Notes: generated from the letters alone by a model not told the origin. 64,000 nucleotides of DNA from an uncultured Thiomicrospira sp. (GCA_965195345.1 OZ239628.1:480001-544000), one strand, 5' to 3'. Shown: positions 29,324 to 40,280, counted from the first letter of the stretch. Program-made: numbers and translations.

Positions 29324-30010
29324 CTAAGGATAGTGCATGGCCTCTTCAACCATAGACAATGAACTACCCGCACCTATAATAATGTGATCAAGCAGGCGAA
29401 CATCAACCAAGTTCAATAAAGATTTAAGCTCTTTGGTCAATTGTTTATCAGCTTGGCTCGGTGTTAGGCATCCAGAGGGATGGTTGTGAGTAATGATAAT
29501 AGCTGCCGCGTTGTGCTCAATCGCTTTACGTATGATTGTTCTCGGATAAACCGTAGCTGAGTTTATCGTCCCGAAAAATAGTTTTTCGAAGGCGATTAAT
29601 CTGTTTTTGTTATCTAGAAAAAGTGCAGCAAACACTTCTTCTTTATGATGAGTAAGTTGATGAAGTATATAGTTTTTGACGGTAGTAGAGTCAGTTGCTG
29701 AAATGGCATTGTTCTCCATGTCAGTGATTAGGCAACGCTTCGCTAATTCAATAGAGGCTTTAAATTGTGCGTATTTGGCATCACCGATACCTTTTTGGGA
29801 GCAAACTTGAGATTGAGTTGCAAGGTTTAATTTTGCCAATCCTCCAAAATATTGTAATAAATCAGACGCAAGTTCAACCGCATTCCTACCGTTGCACCCC
29901 GTTCGTAGAAATATAGCAAGGAGTTCTGCATCCGAGAGCGCTTTTGCCCCTTGTTTTATTAATCGTTCGCGAGGACGTATGTTTTGTGGCATGGATTTAA
30001 TGGAGCGCAT
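29324..30010 (-). CDS. radC: RadC/JAB-domain protein
   Basis: RPRERL, LSDAELLAI, HNHPSG, SQAD, LLDHII. Confidence 0.95.
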   Translation of the reverse strand: MRSIKSMPQNIRPRERLIKQGAKALSDAELLAIFLRTGCNGRNAVELASDLLQYFGGLAKLNLATQSQVCSQKGIGDAKYAQFKASIELAKRCLITDMENNAISATDSTTVKNYILHQLTHHKEEVFAALFLDNKNRLIAFEKLFFGTINSATVYPRTIIRKAIEHNAAAIIITHNHPSGCLTPSQADKQLTKELKSLLNLVDVRLLDHIIIGAGSSLSMVEEAMHYP

Positions 30011-30119
30011 GCCAATATTTTGCCAATACCTTTGAGGACAAGAGGGATAATCTATCCAGTCAAGATAGAGACATATCTGGGTTCATTCTGTAGAAAGGCA
30101 TGAAATTTATTACGATTTC

Positions 30120-30135
30120 TGGTATAAAGCGCGCC
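30120..30135 (+). promoter_or_regulatory. Extended -10 promoter of rpsB with GC-rich discriminator
   Basis: TGGTATAAAGCGCGCC matches the conserved gammaproteobacterial rpsB promoter pattern. Confidence 0.75.
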
Positions 30136-30216
30136 ATCGTTCGGCTAGAACGAAAAAAGGAATCACCTAAAAGTGGTTTTAAAATAAGCGAGACTCTTTA
30201 ATGATTCTCATAAAAA

Positions 30217-30292
30217 ACACACGTTTTTCGACACGGTAGGTTGGGTGATCGTTATGCGATTTTACCTGCTGGGAAAGACGGAGGATTAACCC
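30217..30292 (+). ncRNA. t44/rpsB leader (S2 autoregulatory element)
   Basis: ACACACG...GACAC...GGGTG...TGGG...CGGAGG..TAACCC upstream of rpsB. Confidence 0.8.
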
Positions 30293-30354
30293 AGAGGTGC
30301 AAGTCAATTGTTTAAATAGCAATGACTTGTCTCCTTGCTAAAATAAGGAAAAAA

Positions 30355-31224
30355 ATGTCTGAAATTTCAATGCGCGAGCTATTCGAAGTTGGTGCTCACT
30401 TTGGCCATCAGAAACGTTTCTGGAATCCCAATATGCATAACTATGTTTATGGTGTGCGAAACGGTTCTCATATTATCAATCTTGAAAAAACAGTACCCAT
30501 GTTGAAGGACGCTCTCAATTTCGTTTCCAAAGTGGTTGCTGGAGGTGGAACAGTTTTATTTGTTGGAACAAAACGAACAGCAAGTAAGACAATACGTGAG
30601 CAGGCAGAAAGGTGTGGCATGCCTTATGTGTCTCATCGTTGGTTGGGAGGGATGCTAACGAACTTCAAAACAATAAAACAATCAATAAATCGATTAAAAG
30701 AACTTGAGTCTCAAAAGGCAAATAATGTATTTGATCGTTTGACGAAGAAAGAAGCTTTGATGCGGACGCGAGAAATGGAAAAGCTTGAAAGGAACCTCAG
30801 TGGTATAAAAAACATGGAAGGGATGCCTGATATAATTTTCGTGATGGACGTTCGCCATGAAAAAATAGCAATTTCTGAAGCGAAAGCCATGACAAATCCT
30901 ATATCGGTGGTTGGAATTGTTGATACAAATAGTTCTCCTCAAAACGTAGATTATGTTATTCCTGCAAATGATGATGCTGCAAGGGCTATTGAATATTACA
31001 CTCGACATATTGCCGACGCAGTTATAAATGCCAATAGAGACATCGTAGAAGAAAAAGTATTTGTTGGCGAAGAAGGTGCTCCTGTAGAGTCAGAAGAGAC
31101 TGTAGAATTGGAATCTATAGTAACGGAAGAAGTTACTGTTGCAGAGCTGGAAGAAGCTGTTGAACTTGATAAAGAAGTTGCCACAGATGAAGCATCGGTG
31201 ACTACGGAATCGGAGGAAAAATGA
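30355..31224 (+). CDS. rpsB: 30S ribosomal protein S2 with acidic C-terminal tail
   Basis: [25 protein letters not shown]; ATG 30355 follows AAGGA. Confidence 0.98.
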   Translation: MSEISMRELFEVGAHFGHQKRFWNPNMHNYVYGVRNGSHIINLEKTVPMLKDALNFVSKVVAGGGTVLFVGTKRTASKTIREQAERCGMPYVSHRWLGGMLTNFKTIKQSINRLKELESQKANNVFDRLTKKEALMRTREMEKLERNLSGIKNMEGMPDIIFVMDVRHEKIAISEAKAMTNPISVVGIVDTNSSPQNVDYVIPANDDAARAIEYYTRHIADAVINANRDIVEEKVFVGEEGAPVESEETVELESIVTEEVTVAELEEAVELDKEVATDEASVTTESEEK

Positions 31225-32105
31225 GTATTACGGCATCGTTGGTAAAAGAACTGCGTGAAAGAACTGGCGCAGGTATGATGGAGTGTAAAAAATCATTAAT
31301 AGAAACAAACGGTGACATAGAGCTTGCCATAGAAACTATGCGCAAAAAAGGGATGGCTCAAGCTGACAAAAAAGCAGGACGCATCGCGGCCGATGGTCTT
31401 ATTGTTATTGCCTCAAACGCTGATGGTAATCGCTCTGCTATTGTTGAAGTAAACTCAGAAACCGATTTTGTGGCAAAGGGCGATGAGTTTAGCAACTTTG
31501 CAAATGCTGTGGCTGAAGCAATATTGAATGCGCAAGTTGAAAGTGTAGACGATATATCATCGCTGTCTTTGGAAAATGGGATGAAAATTGAAGATACACG
31601 GCGTGCCTTAATTGCAAAGCTTGGCGAGAATATTGCTATACGGAGGGCGAAATGCATCAATTCTTCAGGTCGAGTGGGGCATTACATCCATAATTCTAAA
31701 ATCGGAGTAGTAGTGACTTTTGAGGGTGGAGATGTGAATTTAGGACGTGATATTGCTATGCACGTAGCTGCCTCTAATCCTCAGGCTATTGATGAGAGTG
31801 GCATTGATGCAACTTTGATTGAAAAGGAGCGGGCTATTTTTATCGATCAAGCAGCGCAATCAGGGAAGCCTGAAAATATTATCCAAAAAATGGTTGACGG
31901 GCGCATTAATAAATTCCTGAAAGAAATTACACTTGTTAATCAACCGTTTGTGAAAGATTCAGATATAACAGTTGGAAAACTTCTTAAAGAAAATAATTGT
32001 AAAGTTTTAAGTGTTGATCGTTTCGAGGTTGGAGAAGGCATAGAGAAGAAATCCAATAGTTTTGCAGAAGAAGTGGCTGCTCAAGTAGCGGCTAGTCAAA
32101 ATTAG
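31221..32105 (+). CDS. tsf: Elongation factor Ts
   Basis: [22 protein letters not shown]. Confidence 0.98.
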   Translation: MSITASLVKELRERTGAGMMECKKSLIETNGDIELAIETMRKKGMAQADKKAGRIAADGLIVIASNADGNRSAIVEVNSETDFVAKGDEFSNFANAVAEAILNAQVESVDDISSLSLENGMKIEDTRRALIAKLGENIAIRRAKCINSSGRVGHYIHNSKIGVVVTFEGGDVNLGRDIAMHVAASNPQAIDESGIDATLIEKERAIFIDQAAQSGKPENIIQKMVDGRINKFLKEITLVNQPFVKDSDITVGKLLKENNCKVLSVDRFEVGEGIEKKSNSFAEEVAAQVAASQN

Positions 32106-32114
32106 TTATTAAGA

Positions 32115-32810
32115 ATGGCTTCTTCACAGCGTATTTTGCTTAAATTGAGTGGAGAATCTTTAGGAAAAGATGGAATTGGCATATCTGTAGATAAACTTAA
32201 TCTTCTTTCCAAAAGGATAAAAAAACTATTGAAAGAAGGACATCAATTAGCTATTGTATGCGGAGGAGGCAATTGGTTGCGCGGTGAGTTTACTAAAGGA
32301 ATCAATCGAAACGTTGCTGATGTGATGGGAATGCATGCGACAGTAATGAACGGATTGGCTCTGGAAGCGGCTTTGATAGAACAAGGGGTTTCAGCTTGCG
32401 TGATGTCAAGTTTTGAAACATTGGGTGCGAATGGTTGGAACTATCGAAGTGCTCTTGAATATTTGAAATCTGGAAAAGTTATTATTTTTGCGGGAGGTAC
32501 TGGCAATCCTTTTTTCACAACCGATTCAGCAGCAGCTCTACGTGCAGTACAGATCAATGCAACACTCTTGATTAAGGCTACGAATGTTGATGGCATTTAT
32601 AATAAAGATCCTAATCGATTTGATGATGCAGTTAAATACGACACATTGAGTTATGATGAGGCGATAGAAAAGAACTTAAAGATTATGGATTTGACAGCGT
32701 TTTCGTTGTGTAGAGACCATGTGATGCCTATTTTGGTCGTAAATATAGATGGACAAGATAGTATTGAATCAATTATTGCTAGTGAAAAGGTAGGCACTTT
32801 AGTTCGATAA
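32115..32810 (+). CDS. pyrH: UMP kinase
   Basis: LLKLSGE, GGGN, GTGNPFFTTD. Confidence 0.96.
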   Translation: MASSQRILLKLSGESLGKDGIGISVDKLNLLSKRIKKLLKEGHQLAIVCGGGNWLRGEFTKGINRNVADVMGMHATVMNGLALEAALIEQGVSACVMSSFETLGANGWNYRSALEYLKSGKVIIFAGGTGNPFFTTDSAAALRAVQINATLLIKATNVDGIYNKDPNRFDDAVKYDTLSYDEAIEKNLKIMDLTAFSLCRDHVMPILVVNIDGQDSIESIIASEKVGTLVR

Positions 32811-32870
32811 GCTTGGCGGGTCGTGTTAGATTGTTGTTGAGAGTTTTAAAAAAATAGTGGGAGTTATAGT

Positions 32871-33428
32871 ATGCTAAAGCAGATAGAAAATGACTTGTGT
32901 CAGAAGATGAAAAAAACTGTTGAATCGTTTAGTTCACAATTGCAAAAATTACGAACAGGTCGAGCTCATCCATCTATTTTAGATCATATTACGGTTAGTT
33001 GTTACGGTTCTCAGATGCCTATAAATCAGGTCGCTAATATAAATATTGAAAGCGCACAAGTACTGACTATAACACCCTGGGATAAGAGCATGGTAGGTGA
33101 GATAGAAAAGGCCATATTAGCATCTGATCTTGGACTTAATCCAGCTGGTTCAGGAGACGTTATCCGCCTTCCTTTGCCTCCTTTGTCACAAGAACGTCGT
33201 AAAGAACTTATTAAAGTAGCACGAGAAGATGCTGAAAAAGCGCGTGTTTCAATAAGAGGTATTCGTAGAGATGCAAATCAAGCAATTAAAAATTTGCTTA
33301 AAGAAAAAGAAGTGAGCGAAGACGAGTCAAGAAAAGAAGAGGATGTTATTCAAAAAATCACTAATGATTTTATCAGTCAAATTGATCAAATAGTTGAAGA
33401 AAAGGAAAAATCACTTCTTACCATTTAA
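32871..33428 (+). CDS. frr: Ribosome recycling factor
   Basis: LRTGRA, LGLNP, ERRKEL, IRRDAN. Confidence 0.97.
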   Translation: MLKQIENDLCQKMKKTVESFSSQLQKLRTGRAHPSILDHITVSCYGSQMPINQVANINIESAQVLTITPWDKSMVGEIEKAILASDLGLNPAGSGDVIRLPLPPLSQERRKELIKVAREDAEKARVSIRGIRRDANQAIKNLLKEKEVSEDESRKEEDVIQKITNDFISQIDQIVEEKEKSLLTI

Positions 33429-33451
33429 CGCAGTTTCATGTTATTTTAGAT

Positions 33452-34153
33452 ATGTCTGTGGACCAACAATTCTTGCCTCAACATATAGCAATTGTTATGG
33501 ACGGCAACGGCAGGTGGGCTAAAAATAGGCACTTGCCAAGATTTCTAGGTCATCGTAAAGGCGTTGAGGCCGCGAGAAAAGTAGTTAATTTTTGTGGTCT
33601 TTATGGGATTCCATATTTAACTTTATTTGCTTTCAGTACTGAAAATTGGAATCGCCCTGACGAAGAAGTAAGTCAATTGATGACATTGTTTCTTGATGGT
33701 CTGCACAAAGAAACACCCAAACTCCATAAAAAAGGAGTTAAGATTTTATTTGTTGGTGACAGTTCGAGAATTTCCTGCGAATTGCGCAAAAGGATGGATG
33801 ATTCAATGAAACTAACGAAAGGTAATACTAAGATGGTCTTATCCATCTGTGTCGATTATGGTGGTAAGTGGGATATAGTACAAGCTGCAAATGCAGCCTT
33901 TAAAGAATCAAGAAACACTGCAATCACAGAAGATCAGTTGCAAGCTCAGCTATCAACAGGTGAGATTCCTAACCCAGATCTATTTATCCGTACTAGTGGC
34001 GAGCAACGCATTAGTAATTTTCTTTTATGGCAATTGGCTTATTCTGAATTATTTTTCACGCCTACATTATGGCCCGATTTTGACAAAAAAAGTTTAGATG
34101 AAGCATTGGAAATATATGCTCATAGAGAGCGTCGTTTTGGTAGTGTATGCTGA
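33452..34153 (+). CDS. uppS: Undecaprenyl diphosphate synthase
   Basis: MDGNGRWA, FSTENW, RTSGEQRISNFLLWQ. Confidence 0.97.
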   Translation: MSVDQQFLPQHIAIVMDGNGRWAKNRHLPRFLGHRKGVEAARKVVNFCGLYGIPYLTLFAFSTENWNRPDEEVSQLMTLFLDGLHKETPKLHKKGVKILFVGDSSRISCELRKRMDDSMKLTKGNTKMVLSICVDYGGKWDIVQAANAAFKESRNTAITEDQLQAQLSTGEIPNPDLFIRTSGEQRISNFLLWQLAYSELFFTPTLWPDFDKKSLDEALEIYAHRERRFGSVC

Positions 34154-34935
34154 TGTCTGAAATGTCCAAGCGTATTATATCGGCCGCTTTTCTCGCTCCC
34201 ATCGTATTGTTTTCAGTCGCTTATATGCCAGATAGTATCTTTTTGATTTTTGTTAGTGTTTTTGCGGGAATAATTGGCTACGAATGGCTGGGGATCTATC
34301 ATTTTAAGAAATGGATCTGCATACTTTATGGGCTTTTTTGTTGTTTATTATCAATCACTTTTTCATCTGATTTTGTGGCTCAAATTGTTATATTTTCTGC
34401 AACTCTAATATGGTTGTTGTCAACGTGGTTTGTTTTTACTTTTTCTCCAAGTTCTGTCCCGAAAAGGTTACGTGCCATGTTGAACGGTTTATTATTAGTG
34501 CCTGCGGGAGCAGTTTCAATTTTTTGGTTACGTCTTGATTGGGATTATTGGTTATTGATTGTTGTATTACTACAAGTATGGAGTATTGATGTTATCGGCT
34601 ATGTGATTGGTAAGCATTGGGGGCGTGAGAAGTTAATTCCATCCGTTAGCCCAAATAAAACTTGGGAGGGTTTTTACGCTCAGCTTGTAGTTGGATTGCT
34701 TTTTGGGATTATTTTTTATTATGGTTTTGACATTTTATTGAGTAAAGCTTTAGCGATCGCCGTGTTAACAACGTTGGCGTCAGTATTGGGAGATTTGTAT
34801 GAAAGTACTCTCAAAAGAGAGAACGGAGTAAAAGAGAGCGGTAGTCTTATGGTAGGGCATGGGGGTTTTTTGGATAGAACAGATGGACTTATTGCAGCCG
34901 CACCATTTTGTTGGTCTTTATTAAATATAGTTTGA
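34147..34935 (+). CDS. cdsA: Phosphatidate cytidylyltransferase
   Basis: SPNKTWEG, GDLYES, GHGGFLDRTD. Confidence 0.95.
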   Translation: MLMSEMSKRIISAAFLAPIVLFSVAYMPDSIFLIFVSVFAGIIGYEWLGIYHFKKWICILYGLFCCLLSITFSSDFVAQIVIFSATLIWLLSTWFVFTFSPSSVPKRLRAMLNGLLLVPAGAVSIFWLRLDWDYWLLIVVLLQVWSIDVIGYVIGKHWGREKLIPSVSPNKTWEGFYAQLVVGLLFGIIFYYGFDILLSKALAIAVLTTLASVLGDLYESTLKRENGVKESGSLMVGHGGFLDRTDGLIAAAPFCWSLLNIV

Positions 34936-34938
34936 TGT

Positions 34939-36288
34939 ATGTTTGAATCAATTATTGGTTTTATTTTAGCAATCCTTATTCTTGTCACAATTCATGAGTG
35001 GGCACATTTTGCGGTGGCTCGGTATTTTGGCATTAAGGTCTTACGTTTCTCGGTGGGATTCGGACCATCATTGATTAAACGTTGCGTAGGTCCCGATAAA
35101 ATGGAGTTTTGCCTGGCATCAATACCTTTAGGTGGTTATGTCAAGATGTTAGATACTCGTGAGGGGCTTGTTTCGCCGGATGAAATTGATCGAGCATTTG
35201 ATAAGAAACCTGTAACGCAACGTATGGCGGTAGTTATTGCTGGACCATTGATCAATATTGTTTTTGCGCTATTCATTTTCGTCGGGTTATCTTTAACTGA
35301 GAGACAGGTCTTGAAACCAATAGTAGGCGAATTGGTTAGTGCACAGTTATCCATATCAAACATGCCTTTGACGGAAGGGGACGAATTACAATTTGTTAAT
35401 AATCGGAAGGTTTTCAGCTGGGGAGATGCACAATTACAACTGTCGGCAGCAGCCTTGGCTGGCGAGGCGTTAGGAATTAAGTTTGAACGTAATGGCGTTC
35501 TTCAAGATGTGATTATTGATGTTGATTGGGCTGGGCAGGAAGCTTCAGATATTAACTGGGTTACATTAGGAATAAAGCCTTTTAGTCCTCCAATTAAGCC
35601 AGTTTTGGGTCAGTTAGTTGATAACGGTCCTGCTCAGAAGTCAGGCTTACTGGTAGGGGATTTTGTCCAAGAAATTGATAATGAAGTAGTTGAAGATTGG
35701 GTTGGCTTGGTTGAAAAAGTGCGCCTGTTGCCAAATAGAACTGTAGAAATTAAAATCAAACGTCAAGGATTAGAACTGCAGTTTCCAGTAACACTGGATG
35801 AACGAGTGGTTAATGGAGAAAGCATTGGTTTTTTAGGGGCAGGAGTTGCGATTAATAATGCCGATTTCGAATTTTGGACGCACAGCGTCCGAAATTCTTT
35901 TATTGAGGCAGTTTTCGAAGGTTTCTATCGTGTTTGGGACTTAACAAGGCTTACTTTAACGGCGATATGGAAAATGTTGACTGGTAATCTTTCTTTAAGT
36001 AACATCAGTGGACCCTTTACTATTGCACAATACGCAGGTGAGACGGTTAATGCTGGATGGTTTAGTTTTCTCAACTTTTTGGCTTTTCTAAGCATAAGTC
36101 TTGGTGTACTTAACTTGCTACCAATACCAATGCTGGATGGAGGCCATATAATGTTATACCTCATTGAATGGTTGCGTAACAAACCACTATCAGAAAAGGT
36201 ACAATTGCGCTTTCAAAAAGTAGGTTTTTTATTACTAAGCTTCCTGATGATTTTGGCATTCACAAACGACATAATTCGGCTTGGTTAG
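34939..36288 (+). CDS. rseP: Intramembrane metalloprotease RseP
   Basis: HEWAH, two PDZ domains, NLLPIPMLDGG. Confidence 0.96.
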   Translation: MFESIIGFILAILILVTIHEWAHFAVARYFGIKVLRFSVGFGPSLIKRCVGPDKMEFCLASIPLGGYVKMLDTREGLVSPDEIDRAFDKKPVTQRMAVVIAGPLINIVFALFIFVGLSLTERQVLKPIVGELVSAQLSISNMPLTEGDELQFVNNRKVFSWGDAQLQLSAAALAGEALGIKFERNGVLQDVIIDVDWAGQEASDINWVTLGIKPFSPPIKPVLGQLVDNGPAQKSGLLVGDFVQEIDNEVVEDWVGLVEKVRLLPNRTVEIKIKRQGLELQFPVTLDERVVNGESIGFLGAGVAINNADFEFWTHSVRNSFIEAVFEGFYRVWDLTRLTLTAIWKMLTGNLSLSNISGPFTIAQYAGETVNAGWFSFLNFLAFLSISLGVLNLLPIPMLDGGHIMLYLIEWLRNKPLSEKVQLRFQKVGFLLLSFLMILAFTNDIIRLG

Positions 36289-36471
36289 ATATTTTTTGCT
36301 TTCGTTTCAACTTCGTTTACTAAAGTATTTCTGATTGCCATCTTGTTTAGATCGTCGTCAAAAATTGTAAAAAGGTCAAAAAAATGTGATGACAATACAG
36401 TGATGGATTTTTTATCAGGTTTTATAAAGACACTGCTTGATTTTATGGGATCGTTGCGTTTTGGTAATAAA

Positions 36472-38742
36472 ATGCGACTATTCATTGCTGCCATTGCTAT
36501 TTTCCCTGTTTTGACTCACGCTTTTATCATTGAAGATGTGCATTACAAAGGGCTTAAACGCCACAGCACTGAGACAGTAAGCTCTTATTTGCCAGATATT
36601 AAGGGTCAAGAAACGAGTGAAGACTTGTTAAGATCGATTATTGCAAAGCTTTATGCAACAAACTTTTTTGATGACATTCAGTTATTCCAAGATGAGAATG
36701 TCTTGATTGTTGAATTGTTGGAACGTCCAACAATAATAGATATTACATTTGCTGGGAATGAATTAATCGAATCTGAACAACTACTTAGTACATTAAACCT
36801 GCAAGGTGTTGCCAAGAATAGGAGTTTTAATAATTCTCTGTTTGATCTCATTAGGCGTGAGTTACGCTCTAACTATATTAATGCAGGTTATTACGCGGTA
36901 AAAGTCGAAACACGTGTCGAGTTTTTAAGTAGGCAGAGAGTAAATCTTAATATTGAAATAGAGGAAGGTGAGCCAGCACGTATCGAGAAAATTACTATTG
37001 TAGGAAATAAACGTTTTAGCGATCAGGTATTAGCTAATCAATTTCAATTATCAGCATTTGACGAAAAGGATTTATTTGGAACGAGTGATTATCAAAAGTT
37101 TGCATTAGAGGGGGATTTTGAGCGACTACGGAGTTATTATTTGGATCGAGGGTATGCCCGATTTAATCTGCGATCTTCGCAAGTTGAACTATCGCCTGAA
37201 AATACTGCGGTATACGTAACAGTTAATATTGAGGAAGGAGAGCTCTATCACTTCAGTGGATCGTCAATTAGTGGATATGAAAAAGTATTGGATGAGGGAA
37301 CAGTCAATGACTTGAATCAGATCAAATCTGGTGACTTCTTTTCACGGCGTAAAATTTTGAGAACAGTAGATGATATTCGAGTTGCTTTGGGCAACGAAGG
37401 CTATGCTTTTGCGGTAGTGAACCAGAATGTACAAATTGATGATGAAAATAAAAGTACCTTTGTCACTATCAATACTATCCCAGGGGAGCGAGTGTATGTT
37501 CACCGAGTTGATATAGAAGACAATCTTGTTTCAATTGATCCTGTGGTGCGTCGAGAGTTACGGCAGTTTGAAGGTGCTTTGTATGTGCCAAGGTTGGTTG
37601 ATGCTTCACTTCTACGTTTGAATAGGACAAGTTTTTATCAAGATGTGACGATAACACCTCGTAGGATAGGGGTGAACAAAGTGGTTTTAGTAGTTCGGGC
37701 AGAGGACCAATCTACAGGGGCATTTAATGCCCAGATTGGTTTTACTTTGACTGGAGGGATCAGTTATGGTTTTACTTTGACTGAAATGAATTGGTTGGGT
37801 CGAGGCGATAACGTTTCTTTTAATGCTCGGCAAGACCAAGCTGTAACACAGCTTAGCCTAAGCGTTACTGACCCATACTTTACTCCTGAAAACATTAGCT
37901 TTTCACGAGGAGTCAGTTATAGTGAGACTGCTGCCGATCAGTTGAATTTAAGCAGTTTTTTTGCAGATCGCACGCGCGCATTTTTTTCATTCGGAGTGCC
38001 CTTTAATGAATTTCAAAGATTCAATTATGGAGGGGAAGTTGAACAGATTAAAATAGCGTGTGGAACTGGTTTCCTGGAATGTGAGCTTTTTGAAAGCCAA
38101 AATCGAGATGGTGCATTGCAGGTGGCCTTCAACATAGGATGGTCCTACGACAGTCGTAATAGAGGGATTTTTGCTGACTCAGGCTCTTTGCACAATCTAA
38201 ATGCAAAATTATCAATCCCAGGAGCAGATATTGAAACCTATAGGTTGTCACAAACCAGTAATTTTTATTTTAGTTTGGGTGACCCACATTCCTTTTTCGT
38301 GCGTTTAAGGACAGGTATTACTCAAAACTATAACGGTGAAGCCTCTCCGTTTTTTGATCGTTTTTATTCAGGAGGCGTCACAAGTGTTCGAGGATACGAA
38401 ACGAATACTTTGGGCGAACAGTATAATGTTGATATAGATGGTGTAAGCGGGGCTCGAGGTGGTGGATTATTGTTTGAAGGTCGATTCCAATTTTTATTTG
38501 CACCTGGGGTTTCAGATGAGGAGCAAAGCGTGAGTGTACGGATAGGTCCATTTTTAGATTATGGAACGGTATTCGATAATTTCAGAGAGAGTAGCGTAGA
38601 AAGTATACGCGGTTCTTATGGAGTTGCTTTGTTTTGGATATCCCCTCTTGGACCTTTGACTTTTAGCGTGGCTGGTACTTTTAATGAGCAAGAAACTGAT
38701 TCGCGGCAGTCATTTCAATTTGGATTGGGACAAAATTTTTGA
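36472..38742 (+). CDS. bamA: Outer membrane protein assembly factor BamA
   Basis: Signal peptide from ATG 36472, POTRA domains, SVRGY, SPLGPL, C-terminal Phe. Confidence 0.94.
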   Translation: MRLFIAAIAIFPVLTHAFIIEDVHYKGLKRHSTETVSSYLPDIKGQETSEDLLRSIIAKLYATNFFDDIQLFQDENVLIVELLERPTIIDITFAGNELIESEQLLSTLNLQGVAKNRSFNNSLFDLIRRELRSNYINAGYYAVKVETRVEFLSRQRVNLNIEIEEGEPARIEKITIVGNKRFSDQVLANQFQLSAFDEKDLFGTSDYQKFALEGDFERLRSYYLDRGYARFNLRSSQVELSPENTAVYVTVNIEEGELYHFSGSSISGYEKVLDEGTVNDLNQIKSGDFFSRRKILRTVDDIRVALGNEGYAFAVVNQNVQIDDENKSTFVTINTIPGERVYVHRVDIEDNLVSIDPVVRRELRQFEGALYVPRLVDASLLRLNRTSFYQDVTITPRRIGVNKVVLVVRAEDQSTGAFNAQIGFTLTGGISYGFTLTEMNWLGRGDNVSFNARQDQAVTQLSLSVTDPYFTPENISFSRGVSYSETAADQLNLSSFFADRTRAFFSFGVPFNEFQRFNYGGEVEQIKIACGTGFLECELFESQNRDGALQVAFNIGWSYDSRNRGIFADSGSLHNLNAKLSIPGADIETYRLSQTSNFYFSLGDPHSFFVRLRTGITQNYNGEASPFFDRFYSGGVTSVRGYETNTLGEQYNVDIDGVSGARGGGLLFEGRFQFLFAPGVSDEEQSVSVRIGPFLDYGTVFDNFRESSVESIRGSYGVALFWISPLGPLTFSVAGTFNEQETDSRQSFQFGLGQNF

Positions 38743-38763
38743 CACTTACTTAATGAGGAAACT

Positions 38764-39267
38764 ATGAAACTAATTACACAACTATTAATAGCAGCAATAC
38801 TTGTTATCGGTACTCCAGCAATGGCTTTGGAAATTGGATTGGTAGATGTACAAGTATTATTAAAAAACTCTTCGGAACGCATAGAGGCTGAAAGAAGAAT
38901 AGAAAAAGAATTTAAACCAAGGCAAGATGCTTTGAATAAAAAACAAGATGAAATTAAAGCAATGGTACAGGAACTCAACAAGCAGAGATTAACTTTGAAA
39001 GCGCAAGAAATTAACAAAAGAGAAGATGAGATAAAAATTCTACAAGTGAAATTGCAAGAAGATGCGCGTAAAGCTCAGCAGGAATTCAATAGGAGGCAGA
39101 GTGTTGAGAATGAAAGTATTCGTCTTATAATAGGAAAAGCCATTGATAAAGTGGCGTATGAATCGAAGTTAGATTTCGTTTTTTATAAAGACGCAGTAGC
39201 TTGGGAAAGAATTGATAATGATATTACCAGTAAGGTTCTCCAGTTGATGAAGGAAGAGAATAATTGA
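38764..39267 (+). CDS. skp: Periplasmic chaperone Skp/OmpH
   Basis: IGLVDV, coiled coil, DITSKVL; lies between bamA and lpxD. Confidence 0.88.
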   Translation: MKLITQLLIAAILVIGTPAMALEIGLVDVQVLLKNSSERIEAERRIEKEFKPRQDALNKKQDEIKAMVQELNKQRLTLKAQEINKREDEIKILQVKLQEDARKAQQEFNRRQSVENESIRLIIGKAIDKVAYESKLDFVFYKDAVAWERIDNDITSKVLQLMKEENN

Positions 39268-40280
39268 TGCAATTGTCTGATTTAGTTGAATATCTCGGTG
39301 GATATATAACACACCATCAGGAGCTAAATGTTTTTGGTATTGCTTCATTGGCTTCAGCTAAGTCAGATCAAATATCTTTTTTATCAAAGGATTCATTCAA
39401 AAAAAACGCTTTAGACAGTGAGGCTGGAGCAGTTATTTGTAAAGAAGAGTTGCCAGGGAAAGTATGTATTGTAGTAGATGATCCTTACTTGGCTTATGCT
39501 CGCGCTGCACAGTTTTTTCATCCAAGAGAGATAGTGTCAGGAAAGCACATACATCAAGCTGCAGTTATTGAAGATGGTGTTGAACTTCCTTTAAATATAA
39601 AAGTGGGTAGTGGCAGTATTCTTAAAAAAGGGTGCAAAATAGAAGATGGTGTTTGCATAGGGTCTAATACGATAATAGAAGGTGGCGTACACCTTGGACA
39701 ACATACACATTTAGATCACAATGTTGTTGTATACAAAGATTGTATTCTGGGAGAGTACTGCTGTATTGGGTCTGGCAGCGTTATAGGTGGGCAAGGCTTT
39801 GGGCATGCATCAAATAATAGTCGATGGGAAAAAATTCCTCAAATTGGCAGGGTAGTGATCGGTGATAGAGTCGATATTGGCTACAATGTCTGCATTGATA
39901 GAGGGGCATTGGATGATACAAAAATAGAAAATGATGTAATTCTTGATAACCTTATACATATCGCGCACAATTGTTTTATAGGAGAAGGTACAGCTGTTGC
40001 AGGACAAAATGGGTTTGCTGGCGGAGTTATTGTTGGAAAACGTTGTAAGTTTGGTGGGCAATGTGGCTTTAATTCGAATATAGTTATTGCAGATGACGTT
40101 ACTATTTTGGGAAAGAGTCTTGTTCCAAAGTCAATAAAAAAAGCAGGGATTTATGCTGGAGATCCCGTAATGAACGTGAGAGAATGGAAAAAAAATACGG
40201 TCTTGAAAAGAAATCTCAATGCAATCTATGAGAGAGTTGTTGAGGTTGAGAAAAAAATAGAAAGTAAATCAAGGATATGA
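39264..40280 (+). CDS. lpxD: UDP-3-O-acylglucosamine N-acyltransferase
   Basis: DPYLAYA, hexapeptide repeats, KIPQIGRV, IDRGALDDT, IAHN. Confidence 0.95.
   Translation: MMQLSDLVEYLGGYITHHQELNVFGIASLASAKSDQISFLSKDSFKKNALDSEAGAVICKEELPGKVCIVVDDPYLAYARAAQFFHPREIVSGKHIHQAAVIEDGVELPLNIKVGSGSILKKGCKIEDGVCIGSNTIIEGGVHLGQHTHLDHNVVVYKDCILGEYCCIGSGSVIGGQGFGHASNNSRWEKIPQIGRVVIGDRVDIGYNVCIDRGALDDTKIENDVILDNLIHIAHNCFIGEGTAVAGQNGFAGGVIVGKRCKFGGQCGFNSNIVIADDVTILGKSLVPKSIKKAGIYAGDPVMNVREWKKNTVLKRNLNAIYERVVEVEKKIESKSRI

Noticed and set aside
36343-36471. N-terminal extensions of bamA (and similarly rpsB, purN, the asparaginase and ilvI) in the ORF track
   Set aside because: Downstream starts give better RBS, signal peptide or family N-termini.
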